DNA of 64,000 bases from the sequence record NC_019500.1; one strand, written 5' to 3'. Shown one piece after another: positions 46,970-56,521 of the stretch. Position 1 is the first letter of the stretch. Each line of letters starts with the position of its first letter. Position numbers and translations under genes: made by a program. Origin of the DNA: Escherichia phage Bp7. The notes beneath the pieces are model-generated. The model had not been told where the DNA came from and searched no databases. It saw nothing but the letters and a program-made list of their open reading frames with translations.

Positions 46970-48393
46970 AAACTATTTTGGCTCAACTGCTAGGCAATAG
47001 TGATTATTTCACTAAGGTCTGGCCTTATATGAATGATTCTTATTTTGACCAGGGTCCTGCAAAGACCCTTTTCAAAGAAATTAAAAAACACGTCAATGAA
47101 TATAATGCAGTGCCTTCTAAGAACGCGCTGAGCATTGCATTAGATAACAGTACGCTTTCAGAAGTTGAACATCAAGGCGCTAAAGAGCTTTTAAGTTCAC
47201 TGAATGCCGGACCTGAAGACCAAGAATGGTTGGTTAAAGAGACGGAGAAATACGTTCAGAAAGCAGCGATGTATAATGCAACTTCAAAAATCATTGAAAT
47301 CCAAACTAATGCCGACCTTCCGGTTGAGCAACAAAATAGAAAACTTCCAGGTATTGGTGCTATTCCGGATATCATGCGTGATGCATTATCGATTTGTTTC
47401 GATTCTGAATTAGGTCATGACTGGATGGATGACTATGAAGAACGTTTCAAAAGTTATTCTGATAAAGCACGTAAGGTTCCGTTCCGTCTTAATATTCTGA
47501 ATAAGATTACCAAAGGTGGTGCCGAGTTTGGTACTGAAAACGTATTGTTGGCAGGAACAAACGTAGGTAAGTCTCTTGGTCTTTGTTCATTGGCTGCTGA
47601 TTATCTTCAATCTGGTTACGATGTTCTTTATATCTCCATGGAGATGGCAGAGGAAGTATGTGCTAAGCGTATCGATGCCAACCTTCTGGATGTATCACTG
47701 GATGATATCGATGATGGCCACGTCTCTTGGCCTGAATATAAAGCTAAGATGGATAAATGGCGTTCAACTGCTACTTTAGGTCGTTTAAAGATTAAACAGT
47801 ATCCTACTGGTGGTGCTAATGCCGATACATTCCGTGCATTATTAAACGAATACAAGCTCAAACAAAACTTTGTCCCTCAGGTTGTTATCGTCGACTACTT
47901 GGCTATCTGCGCATCGTCTCGTACGAAAGTTTTCTCTGAAAACAGTTACGGATTGATTAAGATGGTTGCTGAAGAACTACGTGGACTTGCAGTAGAGAAG
48001 AAATTATTGCTGTGGACAGCCGCCCAGACTACTCGTGGTGCAAACGTTGCAGCCGAAATCGATATGGCTGATATTGCTGAATCATTTGGTATTGCACATA
48101 CTGCAGACTTCATGTTGGGTGTGGTCGAGACAGAAGAGTTTGCTCAGATGGGTATGCAGATGGTTAAGCAGCTTAAATCTCGTTATGGTGATAAGAGCTA
48201 CTACAACAAATTTAAGATTGGTGTTAAGAAAGGAAATCAGCGTTGGTACGAAGTTGAAGATGATTCCAACCCGGGCCCAGTGAACACTGTTCGTGAGGCC
48301 ACAGGTGAGATGAATCGTCAAGCCGAGGTCAATCGACAGACGCGTGTTAATAGAAGTGATTTGGACGATTTAGCAGCATCTATCAAATTTTAA
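46954..48393 (+). CDS. 41: replicative DNA helicase gp41 (DnaB-like)
   Basis: Strong similarity to T4 gp41 (LAGTNVGKSLGLCSLAADYLQSGYDVLYISMEMAEEVCAKRIDAN); probable GTG start. Confidence 0.95.
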   Translation: MVEVVETILAQLLGNSDYFTKVWPYMNDSYFDQGPAKTLFKEIKKHVNEYNAVPSKNALSIALDNSTLSEVEHQGAKELLSSLNAGPEDQEWLVKETEKYVQKAAMYNATSKIIEIQTNADLPVEQQNRKLPGIGAIPDIMRDALSICFDSELGHDWMDDYEERFKSYSDKARKVPFRLNILNKITKGGAEFGTENVLLAGTNVGKSLGLCSLAADYLQSGYDVLYISMEMAEEVCAKRIDANLLDVSLDDIDDGHVSWPEYKAKMDKWRSTATLGRLKIKQYPTGGANADTFRALLNEYKLKQNFVPQVVIVDYLAICASSRTKVFSENSYGLIKMVAEELRGLAVEKKLLLWTAAQTTRGANVAAEIDMADIAESFGIAHTADFMLGVVETEEFAQMGMQMVKQLKSRYGDKSYYNKFKIGVKKGNQRWYEVEDDSNPGPVNTVREATGEMNRQAEVNRQTRVNRSDLDDLAASIKF

Positions 48394-48413
48394 GGAGCTT
48401 CGGCTCCTTTTTT
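48394..48413 (+). terminator. rho-independent terminator
   Basis: GGAGC-TTCG-GCTCC followed by TTTTTT. Confidence 0.75.
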
Positions 48414-48422
48414 GTTTTAAGG

Positions 48423-48451
48423 GTTTACATCTCCTGTAGGCGTGATACTAT
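48423..48451 (+). promoter_or_regulatory. early promoter (PeSL-type)
   Basis: GTTTAC, 17 nt, TACTAT plus GATACTATAGACCTATCAACT box. Confidence 0.5.
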
Positions 48452-48475
48452 AGACCTATCAACTTGGAGAACAAA

Positions 48476-48793
48476 ATGAAAACCATCGACTGTAAAGCAG
48501 AATACAAAGTATATTATCACGGAAGTTGTAGTGTCGCTAATATCGGTAATATGCTTTGTCCTCCTGAGGAAACAGGAGTTCTGTCTGAAACCGGTCGTAA
48601 GAAAAACCTAAATCGTGTGTTCTTTACTGAAGATATCGGTTTGGCTAAGATTTATGCTGGACGTGCAGCTCGTTCAGTGGGAGGAGAACCTCGTCTTTAT
48701 CGTGTAATTGCTCCGGTAGATGTGGTTTGTTTAAATGATACTAAAGGCGCTACGGTTTATCATGCTGAATGGGCCTTCTGTGAGGAAATCTAA
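48476..48793 (+). CDS. hypothetical protein (105 aa)
   Basis: ATG 48476 after GGAG; Cys/His-containing. Confidence 0.5.
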   Translation: MKTIDCKAEYKVYYHGSCSVANIGNMLCPPEETGVLSETGRKKNLNRVFFTEDIGLAKIYAGRAARSVGGEPRLYRVIAPVDVVCLNDTKGATVYHAEWAFCEEI

Positions 48794-48988
48794 ATGTCTG
48801 AATCAATTAAAGTAAAATTTGTCGGCCATTTCGCCAACGGTGATACCGCTACCAAAGAAGCTTCAGTGCGTGAAAACGATATTGTGTGGGTGGCTACCCA
48901 ATTCGCTGAAGTCAATAGTATTCTAGTCAAGGCCTATGTCGACGACGTAGAAGTTTATGAACACGATGCTCGCATTGAGGAAATCTAA
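48794..48988 (+). CDS. hypothetical protein (64 aa)
   Basis: ORF abutting upstream gene. Confidence 0.45.
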   Translation: MSESIKVKFVGHFANGDTATKEASVRENDIVWVATQFAEVNSILVKAYVDDVEVYEHDARIEEI

Positions 48989-49129
48989 ATGGAAGAATTT
49001 GAATGTGTAGTATGTGGTTGTTCGGTCTGTGAAGACCAGGCAGTATTTGATGCTTGGGACAACGCAACCTGTTTAGACTGTGACAGCGAATTCGAAGAAA
49101 TTGCCCATAAACATGAAGGTGAGGAATAA
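48989..49129 (+). CDS. small Cys-rich zinc-binding protein (46 aa)
   Basis: CVVCGCSVC...CLDC motifs; below track cutoff. Confidence 0.35.
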   Translation: MEEFECVVCGCSVCEDQAVFDAWDNATCLDCDSEFEEIAHKHEGEE

Positions 49130-49369
49130 ATGAATATTACCTTAATGAAACCAACTCCTAGTTCTTTTTGGAATAAATCTTTCGGTAAGCATAATATGTT
49201 TATCCAACGTACCGTAAACAACTGGGAACTAGTTCTTTCAGTCGGTCACAACGATTATGAACAAGAATACGTAGAGTTCTTCGAATTTCCTGTGAAGCCC
49301 ACTAAGCGTCAGATTCGTCAGACAAAACGTAAATTCCGTAAAATTTCTTTGGAAGATTCATTAAAATAA
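49130..49369 (+). CDS. hypothetical basic protein (79 aa)
   Basis: ORF with overlapping start. Confidence 0.45.
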   Translation: MNITLMKPTPSSFWNKSFGKHNMFIQRTVNNWELVLSVGHNDYEQEYVEFFEFPVKPTKRQIRQTKRKFRKISLEDSLK

Positions 49370-49370
49370 A

Positions 49371-49400
49371 GTTTACAACGGTCTATGGTAGTGATACTAT
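49371..49400 (+). promoter_or_regulatory. early promoter (PeSL-type)
   Basis: GTTTAC, 18 nt, TACTAT, GGACCTATCAACT box. Confidence 0.45.
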
Positions 49401-49428
49401 GGACCTATCAACTACCGAGGAGAACATT

Positions 49429-49722
49429 ATGAAAAAGTTATTAATCGCAGCAATCCTTACAGTAGCATCATGTGGCACAGCTCCAGTTACGGCTGGATTG
49501 GATAAAGACCTGTGTGAATGGTCTATGACTGCAGACCAAGAATCAGTCGAACATCAGATTTATGCCGATATCATGAACATCACTAAACGCGACCGCCCTG
49601 ATATGGTTAAAGAAGTGTCAGACCAATTGGCTTCAAGCGGTGTTATGCAATATAACTATGTTTTGTATTGCGATGCCAATTTCGATAACAAAAATATCGT
49701 TAAAGAGGTGACAGGTGAATAA
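49429..49722 (+). CDS. putative lipoprotein (97 aa)
   Basis: Signal peptide with lipobox-like VASC. Confidence 0.5.
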   Translation: MKKLLIAAILTVASCGTAPVTAGLDKDLCEWSMTADQESVEHQIYADIMNITKRDRPDMVKEVSDQLASSGVMQYNYVLYCDANFDNKNIVKEVTGE

Positions 49723-50155
49723 GATTAACAGAAATTTAGTTATCAAAAAACTTCGTTGTAAAAATCCAAATGCACAAGCATACAGGATGTTTTGGAGCGA
49801 CGACCACCAGTACCTAGGTTATTTTCTTGTTGATAGTGATAATATAATTACGTTTGCTCATAAACTTCTTAACAAAGAATTAAACCATTGGCAAGAACTT
49901 ATTGCAGTGAGGTCTAAATTGTTTTCACGTAATGCAATGCACCAATTGGTTTATTTTTTCGCTGAAGGTATTCCTGACAAGGTCGAGTTTGATGGATTCG
50001 AATTTAAAGATATCCTCCCGGACAACGAATTGAACGACTGCATTAATATAGATGTCCCTAGCAAGTATATCAAAAATAGCCTGTTGAAAATTCTGGAAGC
50101 CCCAGTTTATTCAATTGACGACCAGATTTTTAATGCCTTTATGAATCGAGGTTAA
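49715..50155 (+). CDS. hypothetical protein (146 aa)
   Basis: ORF with apparent GTG start. Confidence 0.45.
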   Translation: MNKINRNLVIKKLRCKNPNAQAYRMFWSDDHQYLGYFLVDSDNIITFAHKLLNKELNHWQELIAVRSKLFSRNAMHQLVYFFAEGIPDKVEFDGFEFKDILPDNELNDCINIDVPSKYIKNSLLKILEAPVYSIDDQIFNAFMNRG

Positions 50156-50156
50156 T

Positions 50157-50348
50157 ATGAGTGCAATGTGTACGGGCTCTAAGATTTCTGTATTCGAATT
50201 ATTCGAAGAGTATGAAATCGTATCAAAGGACCAAGAAGCTATCCATATTATTGCCGGTGATGGTGTGACTTGGATTATCCCACTGTATCATGAAGATACC
50301 TATGAAGTCACTGATGCGAATGGTGATAAAGCTATTTTCGTAATATAA
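50157..50348 (+). CDS. hypothetical protein (63 aa)
   Basis: ORF with GAGG RBS. Confidence 0.45.
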   Translation: MSAMCTGSKISVFELFEEYEIVSKDQEAIHIIAGDGVTWIIPLYHEDTYEVTDANGDKAIFVI

Positions 50349-50351
50349 ATA
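50344..50351 (+). promoter_or_regulatory. late promoter TATAAATA
   Basis: Exact TATAAATA ~14 nt upstream of the ORF at 50365. Confidence 0.45.
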
Positions 50352-50364
50352 AGGCCAGGAGCCT

Positions 50365-50526
50365 ATGAAATCTTTTAAAGAAGTTATGAACGAAGATATG
50401 GTCGCAGGCGATGCAGGTGGTAACCCATCTAATATTGCCTCCGGAACTACCTCAGGCGTGGTCGTCAACAAAGGGCCTGAACAAATCCCATCTAAAAAGC
50501 GTAAAGAAAAATCCGAAAACGAATGA
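50365..50526 (+). CDS. small protein (53 aa), possibly late-expressed
   Basis: ATG after AGGAG; preceded by TATAAATA; below track cutoff. Confidence 0.35.
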   Translation: MKSFKEVMNEDMVAGDAGGNPSNIASGTTSGVVVNKGPEQIPSKKRKEKSENE

Positions 50527-50564
50527 TATAATGGCTCTATTAATTTAGAGCCCAAGGAAAAATA

Positions 50565-51593
50565 ATGTCATATGTCGATAAAGAATTTGCTGTACGTGCC
50601 TTGAATTACCAACCTAAATTCAGACAAGTAACTGGTAGTGATTTTAAATTAAACTGTCGTTGTCGTGTATGCGGTGACTCTCAAAAAGATGAGAACAAAG
50701 CTCGTTTTTGGGCCTATCCGGCTAATGACGGCTCTGTAATGCTGCACTGTTTTAACTGTGACTATTCAGCAGGAATTAAGAAGTATCTATACGAATACGA
50801 GCCTGATTTATATCGCGAATATATTCTTGAGAAACATAAAGAGCAATCGTTCGGGAGACAAGCTGCACCTAAGGTGGAGATATCTGAAAAAATTAAAGCT
50901 AAGATGCCTGTCATCGAAAAGCTTAATTTCTGTGAACGATTAGATAGGATGCCGAAGGACCATCCTATTATCAAATATGTGACGTTACGTTGCATTCCTG
51001 AAAACAAATGGAACCGGCTGTGGTTTACTAAAGAATGGCCTGCATTAGTTAACTCTGTGAATCCAGGGACCTATTCTAAAGAAATGCCTGAGCCTCGTTT
51101 GGTTATTCCAATTTTCAATAAGAATAAACAAATTGAAAGTTTTCAGGGTCGAGCCTTACGTAAAGATGCTCCACAAAAATATATTACAATAAAAGCTCAC
51201 GACCAAGCTACAAAAATATATGGAATGGATACAGTTGACGAACGTCAGTTGGTGTGGGTAATGGAAGGCCCTATTGACTCTTTGTTTGTTCCGAATGCAA
51301 TAGCAATTACTGGCGGGTCGTTGGACTTGGCTATGGTTCCGTGCAAAGAAACTAGGGTTTGGGCCCTTGATAGCGAAAGCCGCCACCCAGATACTATTTC
51401 AAGAATGAAAAAGCTTATCGAGGCTGGTGAAAAAGTAGTGTTTTGGGATAAGGTCCCTTGGCCTTCTAAAGATATTAACGATATGATTAGAAAAGACGGG
51501 GCGTCGCCGGAAGCAATACTAGAATATATGAAAAGTAATTACAGTCAAGGATTAATGGCTAAATTGAGATTACAACGGTATGCTAAAATATGA
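50565..51593 (+). CDS. 61: DNA primase gp61
   Basis: 342 aa; zinc ribbon CRCRVCGDSQKD...CFNCDY; strong similarity to T4 gp61. Confidence 0.95.
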   Translation: MSYVDKEFAVRALNYQPKFRQVTGSDFKLNCRCRVCGDSQKDENKARFWAYPANDGSVMLHCFNCDYSAGIKKYLYEYEPDLYREYILEKHKEQSFGRQAAPKVEISEKIKAKMPVIEKLNFCERLDRMPKDHPIIKYVTLRCIPENKWNRLWFTKEWPALVNSVNPGTYSKEMPEPRLVIPIFNKNKQIESFQGRALRKDAPQKYITIKAHDQATKIYGMDTVDERQLVWVMEGPIDSLFVPNAIAITGGSLDLAMVPCKETRVWALDSESRHPDTISRMKKLIEAGEKVVFWDKVPWPSKDINDMIRKDGASPEAILEYMKSNYSQGLMAKLRLQRYAKI

Positions 51594-52345
51594 ATTATAA
51601 TAAAATTTATGACGATTTGGTTAATAGGGCCCTTGAAAGGGGTCTTATTAAAGAAAATTTAAAATACTATACAGAATCTCATCATATTATACCTGAATGT
51701 ATAGGTGGGCCTGATATAGATTCAAACAAAGTATTATTTACGGCAAGAGAGCATTTTATAGCTCACATATTATTGTATAAGATTTATAAGTTGCCTAAAT
51801 TAATATATGCTGTGCATATGATGTGCAATTCTAGTGAAAAGCACCAAAGAAATTCTAAGATGTATGACTGGCTTAGAAAGGACCATAAAGCAGCCTTAAG
51901 TAAGAAAATGACCGATGCTTGGAAAGCCCCTGAATTTAGGACCAAAATGGTGGCGGCCTTATACCAAAGGCACAAAGATAAGCCCGTCACAGAGGAGACT
52001 AGGGAAAAACAGTCTAATTCTCTAAAGAGGTATTATAAAGAAAATCCTATCTCTGAAGAAGCAAAAAAGAAAAATTCAGAAGCCCAAAAACAAAGGTTTA
52101 AAGATAGGCCTCAAACAGAAGAAACAAAAAGATTAAGGAAGGACTCATGCAGAAAAACCCAAGGCACCCCTATATGGTTATGTAATTCGAATGGGGTAGG
52201 AATAGAAAAGTTTTCTTCTGCGGCAGAAGCTAAAGAAATCTTAGGATTGTCCGGGCACACCCAAAATATATACACCGCTTGTAAGCGAAACAAAGAAACC
52301 GGGAGATTGTATAAATCCTCCGGTTTAATTTGGAAATATCAATAA
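51590..52345 (+). CDS. HNH homing endonuclease (Mob-like)
   Basis: 251 aa; ESHHIIPECIGGPD...N...H HNH motif with NUMOD-like repeats; N-terminus paralogous to the HNH gene at 32592-33308. Confidence 0.8.
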   Translation: MNYNKIYDDLVNRALERGLIKENLKYYTESHHIIPECIGGPDIDSNKVLFTAREHFIAHILLYKIYKLPKLIYAVHMMCNSSEKHQRNSKMYDWLRKDHKAALSKKMTDAWKAPEFRTKMVAALYQRHKDKPVTEETREKQSNSLKRYYKENPISEEAKKKNSEAQKQRFKDRPQTEETKRLRKDSCRKTQGTPIWLCNSNGVGIEKFSSAAEAKEILGLSGHTQNIYTACKRNKETGRLYKSSGLIWKYQ

Positions 52346-52351
52346 TGGCAT

Positions 52352-52552
52352 TTAAACCTGCATACCTGTAAAGAATCCAATGATGCTCAACACGTGTTCC
52401 ATAGTAACCGCAGGGAGAGTAATACCCTGACTAGCCGCAACAGGTACAACTAAAAGATTCCATAGGAACACATCTAAAGCAAGGAAGCCCATCATGAGCT
52501 TTTTATCTTTCTTGCTGGTTAATTTCCAAATTTGGTAAAATATACTACCCAT
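52352..52552 (-). CDS. small membrane protein (66 aa) on the minus strand
   Basis: Two hydrophobic helices; preceded on the minus strand by TATAAATA and AGGAGG RBS. Confidence 0.5.
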   Translation of the reverse strand: MGSIFYQIWKLTSKKDKKLMMGFLALDVFLWNLLVVPVAASQGITLPAVTMEHVLSIIGFFTGMQV

Positions 52553-52573
52553 GTTATCCTCCTGTTAAATTAA

Positions 52574-52581
52574 TATTTATA
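52574..52581 (-). promoter_or_regulatory. late promoter TATAAATA (minus strand)
   Basis: Reverse complement of 52574-52581 is TATAAATA, ~20 nt upstream of the minus-strand ATG at 52552. Confidence 0.5.
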
Positions 52582-52651
52582 GCTTGCTTTACAAATTAAT
52601 GATATAATTATCTAACTTATTACCTAATATGAATCGAAAAGGAAAAATATA

Positions 52652-53167
52652 ATGGCTCATTTTAACGAATGTAGTGGTTTGATTGCAGGTGTTGATAAAG
52701 CTGAGGAAGCTTATGTTAGTGCAATTACCAAAGGTATCGACCCACTGCAGGTTATGCTTGATATGCAGAAATCTTTACAGGTTCGTCTGGCTAATGACCG
52801 TGATTATTGTTACCACCCGGATAAACTGGCTACTGCAGGTGATGTTGTTGGATGGATGCGCGAACAGAAAGACTGCATCGATGATGAATTCCGTGAACTT
52901 CTGACTTCACTTGGTGAAATGTCTAAAGGTGAGAAAGATGCTTCTGCCGTCTGGAAAAAATGGAAGGCACGTTACCCAGAAGCTCAGTCTAAACGTATTG
53001 ATGAAATGAGCCCTGAAGACCAGTTGGAAATTAAATTTGAACTTGTGGACATAATCCATTTCGTATTAAACATGGTTACAGGTCTTGGTATGACTTCTGA
53101 AGAATTGTTCAAACTTTATTATCTGAAAAATCTTGAAAATTTCAAACGTCAGGACAATGGGTATTAA
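52652..53167 (+). CDS. 56: dCTP pyrophosphatase gp56
   Basis: 171 aa; strong similarity to T4 gp56 (MAHFNEC..., EQKDCIDDEFRELLTSLG, MSPEDQLEIKFEL). Confidence 0.9.
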   Translation: MAHFNECSGLIAGVDKAEEAYVSAITKGIDPLQVMLDMQKSLQVRLANDRDYCYHPDKLATAGDVVGWMREQKDCIDDEFRELLTSLGEMSKGEKDASAVWKKWKARYPEAQSKRIDEMSPEDQLEIKFELVDIIHFVLNMVTGLGMTSEELFKLYYLKNLENFKRQDNGY

Positions 53168-53171
53168 TCAG

Positions 53172-53179
53172 TATAAATA
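53172..53179 (+). promoter_or_regulatory. late promoter TATAAATA
   Basis: Exact TATAAATA upstream of soc. Confidence 0.6.
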
Positions 53180-53210
53180 CACCTGTAATTAAACAACAAA
53201 GGAGTTAATT

Positions 53211-53444
53211 ATGGGTGGTTTCGTTAATATCAAAACCTTTACGCATCCGGCTGGTGAAGGTAAAGAAGTTAAAGGTGTTGAAGTATCTGTTCCGTTTGAA
53301 ATCTATTCAAACGAGCATCGTATTGCGAATGCACACTATCAGACATTTCCTTCTGAAAAGGCGGCATACACTACTGTAGTAACTGATGCAGCCGATTGGC
53401 GAACTAAGAACGCGGCGATGTTTACGCCTACCCCAGTAGTTTAA
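53211..53444 (+). CDS. soc: small outer capsid protein Soc
   Basis: 77 aa; VNIKTF...AHYQTFPSEKAAY matches T4 Soc. Confidence 0.85.
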   Translation: MGGFVNIKTFTHPAGEGKEVKGVEVSVPFEIYSNEHRIANAHYQTFPSEKAAYTTVVTDAADWRTKNAAMFTPTPVV

Positions 53445-53450
53445 TTATAA

Positions 53451-53472
53451 GGAACCTTCGGGTTCCTTTTTT
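53451..53472 (+). terminator. rho-independent terminator
   Basis: GGAACC-TTCG-GGTTCC followed by TTTTTT. Confidence 0.75.
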
Positions 53473-53538
53473 GGTTTTAAGGGTTTACTTTCTAGGAAGG
53501 CCGTGTTAAGATGGTCTTATCTTATAGAGGAGAACACT

Positions 53539-53736
53539 ATGTTAAATCGTTGGATTAAACCTAATAATGCAGTAGGTGCTTTGATTGCTCAAGAAGTTTC
53601 GCTTAAATACGGGTTAGGGTATCATGACGATGTTATTACGCATTCTTTTATGATGTATGAAGATAATTCTGTAGAATTTAATGCAGAAATCCGCTTAGAC
53701 AATGGCGATGTAAAATTTGTGAGAGGTTTCCTATGA
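53539..53736 (+). CDS. hypothetical protein (65 aa)
   Basis: ATG 53539 after GAGGAGAACACT. Confidence 0.45.
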   Translation: MLNRWIKPNNAVGALIAQEVSLKYGLGYHDDVITHSFMMYEDNSVEFNAEIRLDNGDVKFVRGFL

Positions 53737-54062
53737 TTCAGTGGCTTAAGAATTTATTCAAAATTACCCCAGGCGAAGGTCCGGTTCCTATTAGTCCATC
53801 AGACGTTAAGTTAAGGGAATATGTTTACGTGGGCGATGGTATGATGGAAGAAGTTATCAGGCAACCTGAAAAAGCTGGTAATGTGGGGCCAGGCGCTCTT
53901 CCTTTGAATTCTAAAAAGTTTAAAGAACATCTAGAAGCTCGTCGCACGAGCCATATTGATACCACTCCTATTATGGTTGCGGCGGCTGTTAGTTCATGGA
54001 CCGGTGATTCGTCTTATTCTGACTCAGGAAGCTGTGGCTCATCGTCCAGCTCGTGTGATTAA
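53733..54062 (+). CDS. hypothetical protein (109 aa)
   Basis: ORF with overlapping start; Ser-rich C-terminus. Confidence 0.5.
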   Translation: MIQWLKNLFKITPGEGPVPISPSDVKLREYVYVGDGMMEEVIRQPEKAGNVGPGALPLNSKKFKEHLEARRTSHIDTTPIMVAAAVSSWTGDSSYSDSGSCGSSSSSCD

Positions 54063-54262
54063 TGAAACCTTTATCATGGCTTAAAGATTGGCTAGACCGT
54101 CCTGGCGATTATCTTGATGACGGATGGTTAGACCAAGCCAATGCAGAAATGAAACGTGACTCCGAAGAATGGATTCTTAAAGGTATCCGTGAAGAACGCG
54201 AAAAGAAATTAGAACGCAAAGCTCTTAGAATTATGCGTGACATCTATGGGGATAAATCATGA
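54062..54262 (+). CDS. hypothetical protein (66 aa)
   Basis: ORF with overlapping start. Confidence 0.45.
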   Translation: MKPLSWLKDWLDRPGDYLDDGWLDQANAEMKRDSEEWILKGIREEREKKLERKALRIMRDIYGDKS

Positions 54263-54426
54263 CTACTGAAGAGGCCGAAAAACAAGCTAAAGAGGCATTG
54301 GATTTGCTTCTTAAAATTGGTAGTAAAATGATGGAAGAAAACGAGAAATACATCCAAGAAAATAAAATTCCGGATGGTCCTTTAGCGGGTAAACTAAAAA
54401 GAGGAAAACATAATGAAAGTTTATGA
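54259..54426 (+). CDS. small protein (55 aa)
   Basis: ORF below track cutoff with overlapping junctions. Confidence 0.35.
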   Translation: MTTEEAEKQAKEALDLLLKIGSKMMEENEKYIQENKIPDGPLAGKLKRGKHNESL

Positions 54427-54901
54427 ACTAGAATTCTTTGTTCGTGATTCTGCCGGACAAACGCGACCTTATGATGCTACGGCGTGTCTTATCCTTGTCG
54501 ATAATGGTACGAATTCTATAACCCAGTTAGAAACACGATTAAAAGATATTAAGCTTCCAGAAAATATTATGATGAAGGCTTACCATAACAAAAATGTTGA
54601 TGTTGCTGAAGATTGTCCTTTTAGCCTGGCTGAAGCATTGCATATCAAGGGTTATCGCCATCCGGACCCGGATGGCGAAGGAACAATGGACATTTTCTAT
54701 AAAGATACCGATAGAATGTCCAACGAACGTCTTAAAGGTCGTACTTATCTTATTTCCGCTACCGAAGACCTTATTGAAGTTGAACGTCAGATTTGGAAGC
54801 ACTTTGATATTGGATTGCGCTTTACCATGACTGAAGACGCTATTCGTGATGCTAAGTTACGAGCTCGTATGTACGGTTATGGTCCTATCGGTGGTTACTA
54901 A
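54413..54901 (+). CDS. hypothetical protein (162 aa)
   Basis: ORF with RBS. Confidence 0.55.
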   Translation: MKVYELEFFVRDSAGQTRPYDATACLILVDNGTNSITQLETRLKDIKLPENIMMKAYHNKNVDVAEDCPFSLAEALHIKGYRHPDPDGEGTMDIFYKDTDRMSNERLKGRTYLISATEDLIEVERQIWKHFDIGLRFTMTEDAIRDAKLRARMYGYGPIGGY

Positions 54902-55089
54902 TGGACTTATTTGATATGTTTGTCATTCCGGACCCTGAGCCTGAAACAACTCAGGAGCCGCCTGTTGACCTTGTCAACGAACTTGATATGATTATACAGA
55001 AGCACGGTTTTAAGTTGCCTAAAGAGGTCCTTAGTGACCTTGCTTCTTATTACTTAGACCCTCCACCCTGGGCCCCTTGGGTAAAATAA
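54901..55089 (+). CDS. hypothetical acidic protein (62 aa)
   Basis: ORF with overlapping start. Confidence 0.45.
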   Translation: MDLFDMFVIPDPEPETTQEPPVDLVNELDMIIQKHGFKLPKEVLSDLASYYLDPPPWAPWVK

Positions 55090-55144
55090 AGTTTTACACC
55101 TCCTCCCTTCATGTTATAATGACCTCTAAATCACTGGAGGTCAT

Positions 55145-55714
55145 ATGAACATCGAACAAAAATGTCTTTATCAAGACCGAATCAATTCCAAATTCTCAAA
55201 ACACGAACAGAATCTTTTAGAAAAATGTCTGGATGCTAAAAAAGACCCTAACTTCCATTACGACCTTGACAAACTGGTTCGCAAGCATGTTACTTCAGCG
55301 GTTCCAGTAGAGTTGTATCGTGGGATTACCACCAGAGAACTTGAGCAATTAGAGCTCCTTTCAGTAGGGTGTCAATGGTCTCCTGGTCGAGTTACTTCTT
55401 TTAGTACACAATACTCTCAGGCTCGTCAGTTCGCAGGGGCGTGGGAATATGGAACCAAAACCATTTTAAGTCTCAGGAATGCACCGTTCATTTTCGACTA
55501 CTACAACCATGCTATAGACCTTGTTCTTGCAGGGAATGTAGACGCCCTTGAAATTGATGAAACTCGTATTGACCTCTATGATATGGTCGAAACTGAATGT
55601 GAGTTCATGGTCTCTAGCCAATCGCGATTTGAGATTGTTGCAATCGAAACCGTCAAAAGAGACCCGTATGAAATCGAGTACAAAACAATTCATTTAAAAA
55701 TGTTGGATTTTTAG
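55145..55714 (+). CDS. ADP-ribosyltransferase, ModA/ModB family
   Basis: 189 aa; R-S-E ART motifs (LYRG, SFSTQ, EFMVSSQ); position near dda as in T4. Confidence 0.65.
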   Translation: MNIEQKCLYQDRINSKFSKHEQNLLEKCLDAKKDPNFHYDLDKLVRKHVTSAVPVELYRGITTRELEQLELLSVGCQWSPGRVTSFSTQYSQARQFAGAWEYGTKTILSLRNAPFIFDYYNHAIDLVLAGNVDALEIDETRIDLYDMVETECEFMVSSQSRFEIVAIETVKRDPYEIEYKTIHLKMLDF

Positions 55715-55768
55715 TTTACAAGCAAGGATGCTTGTGGTACTATCTTTCTATCAACTGAGGAGAATAAT

Positions 55769-56383
55769 ATGTTATATCCAAGCCACCGATTATCAGAGTT
55801 CTATGACAATGTTAAGTGTGATGATTTCCGTGAAAACATCCAGTGCGAAATCAACCAGCAGTATTCTGATTTAGAACAGAGTACCCTCTGGCAGTGCATG
55901 GAAAATAAACCAGATTGTATCCAGGAAACTCTGAACAAAATTATTCGTAAGAACCTGACTTCTGTAGTGCCTGATAAGCTCTATCGAGGCATATCTAAAA
56001 AGACTATGAAGTATCTAGAGTCCACAATGTGTGTAGGTGCGGTAATTGAATTCGACCGCGTGATGAGCTTCTCTAAAGACTTCAACGTGGCAAGGAATTT
56101 CGCGTCTTATAACTTCTACGGCACATTTAATATCTTTTGTATTAATGATGCACCATTTGTGTACAATTATCAGGAAGAAATCTTTAAAATGTTATGTGCC
56201 GCGCCCCCTGAAGAGTTCCCAGGTGCATTTCCTGAATCTACCCGTGTAGCAAACTTACAATTAATCAATGATGAAGATGAGATGATGTTCCCTGCGGGAA
56301 CTACGCTGCGCGTAGACTCTATTGAGAGAAATCCTAAATGGAATAATTACACCATTTGGAATCTTTCCGTTCTTTCTTACTGA
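55769..56383 (+). CDS. ADP-ribosyltransferase, ModA/ModB family (paralog)
   Basis: 204 aa; LYRG, MSFSKD, EMMFPAGT motifs; tandem paralog of 55145-55714. Confidence 0.65.
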   Translation: MLYPSHRLSEFYDNVKCDDFRENIQCEINQQYSDLEQSTLWQCMENKPDCIQETLNKIIRKNLTSVVPDKLYRGISKKTMKYLESTMCVGAVIEFDRVMSFSKDFNVARNFASYNFYGTFNIFCINDAPFVYNYQEEIFKMLCAAPPEEFPGAFPESTRVANLQLINDEDEMMFPAGTTLRVDSIERNPKWNNYTIWNLSVLSY

Positions 56384-56452
56384 ACCACCTGGTTTAATTG
56401 AAAGGCAAAGTCCTTGATTCATTATACCGTCGAAAATTTAAAGCAAAAAAGT

Positions 56453-56481
56453 GTTTACTTTACCGAGCAACATGATACTAT
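56453..56481 (+). promoter_or_regulatory. early promoter (PeSL-type)
   Basis: GTTTAC, 17 nt, TACTAT plus GATACTATAGACCTATCA box. Confidence 0.5.
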
Positions 56482-56521
56482 AGACCTATCAGCTAATCGT
56501 CCGTAAGATGAGAAAAATATT

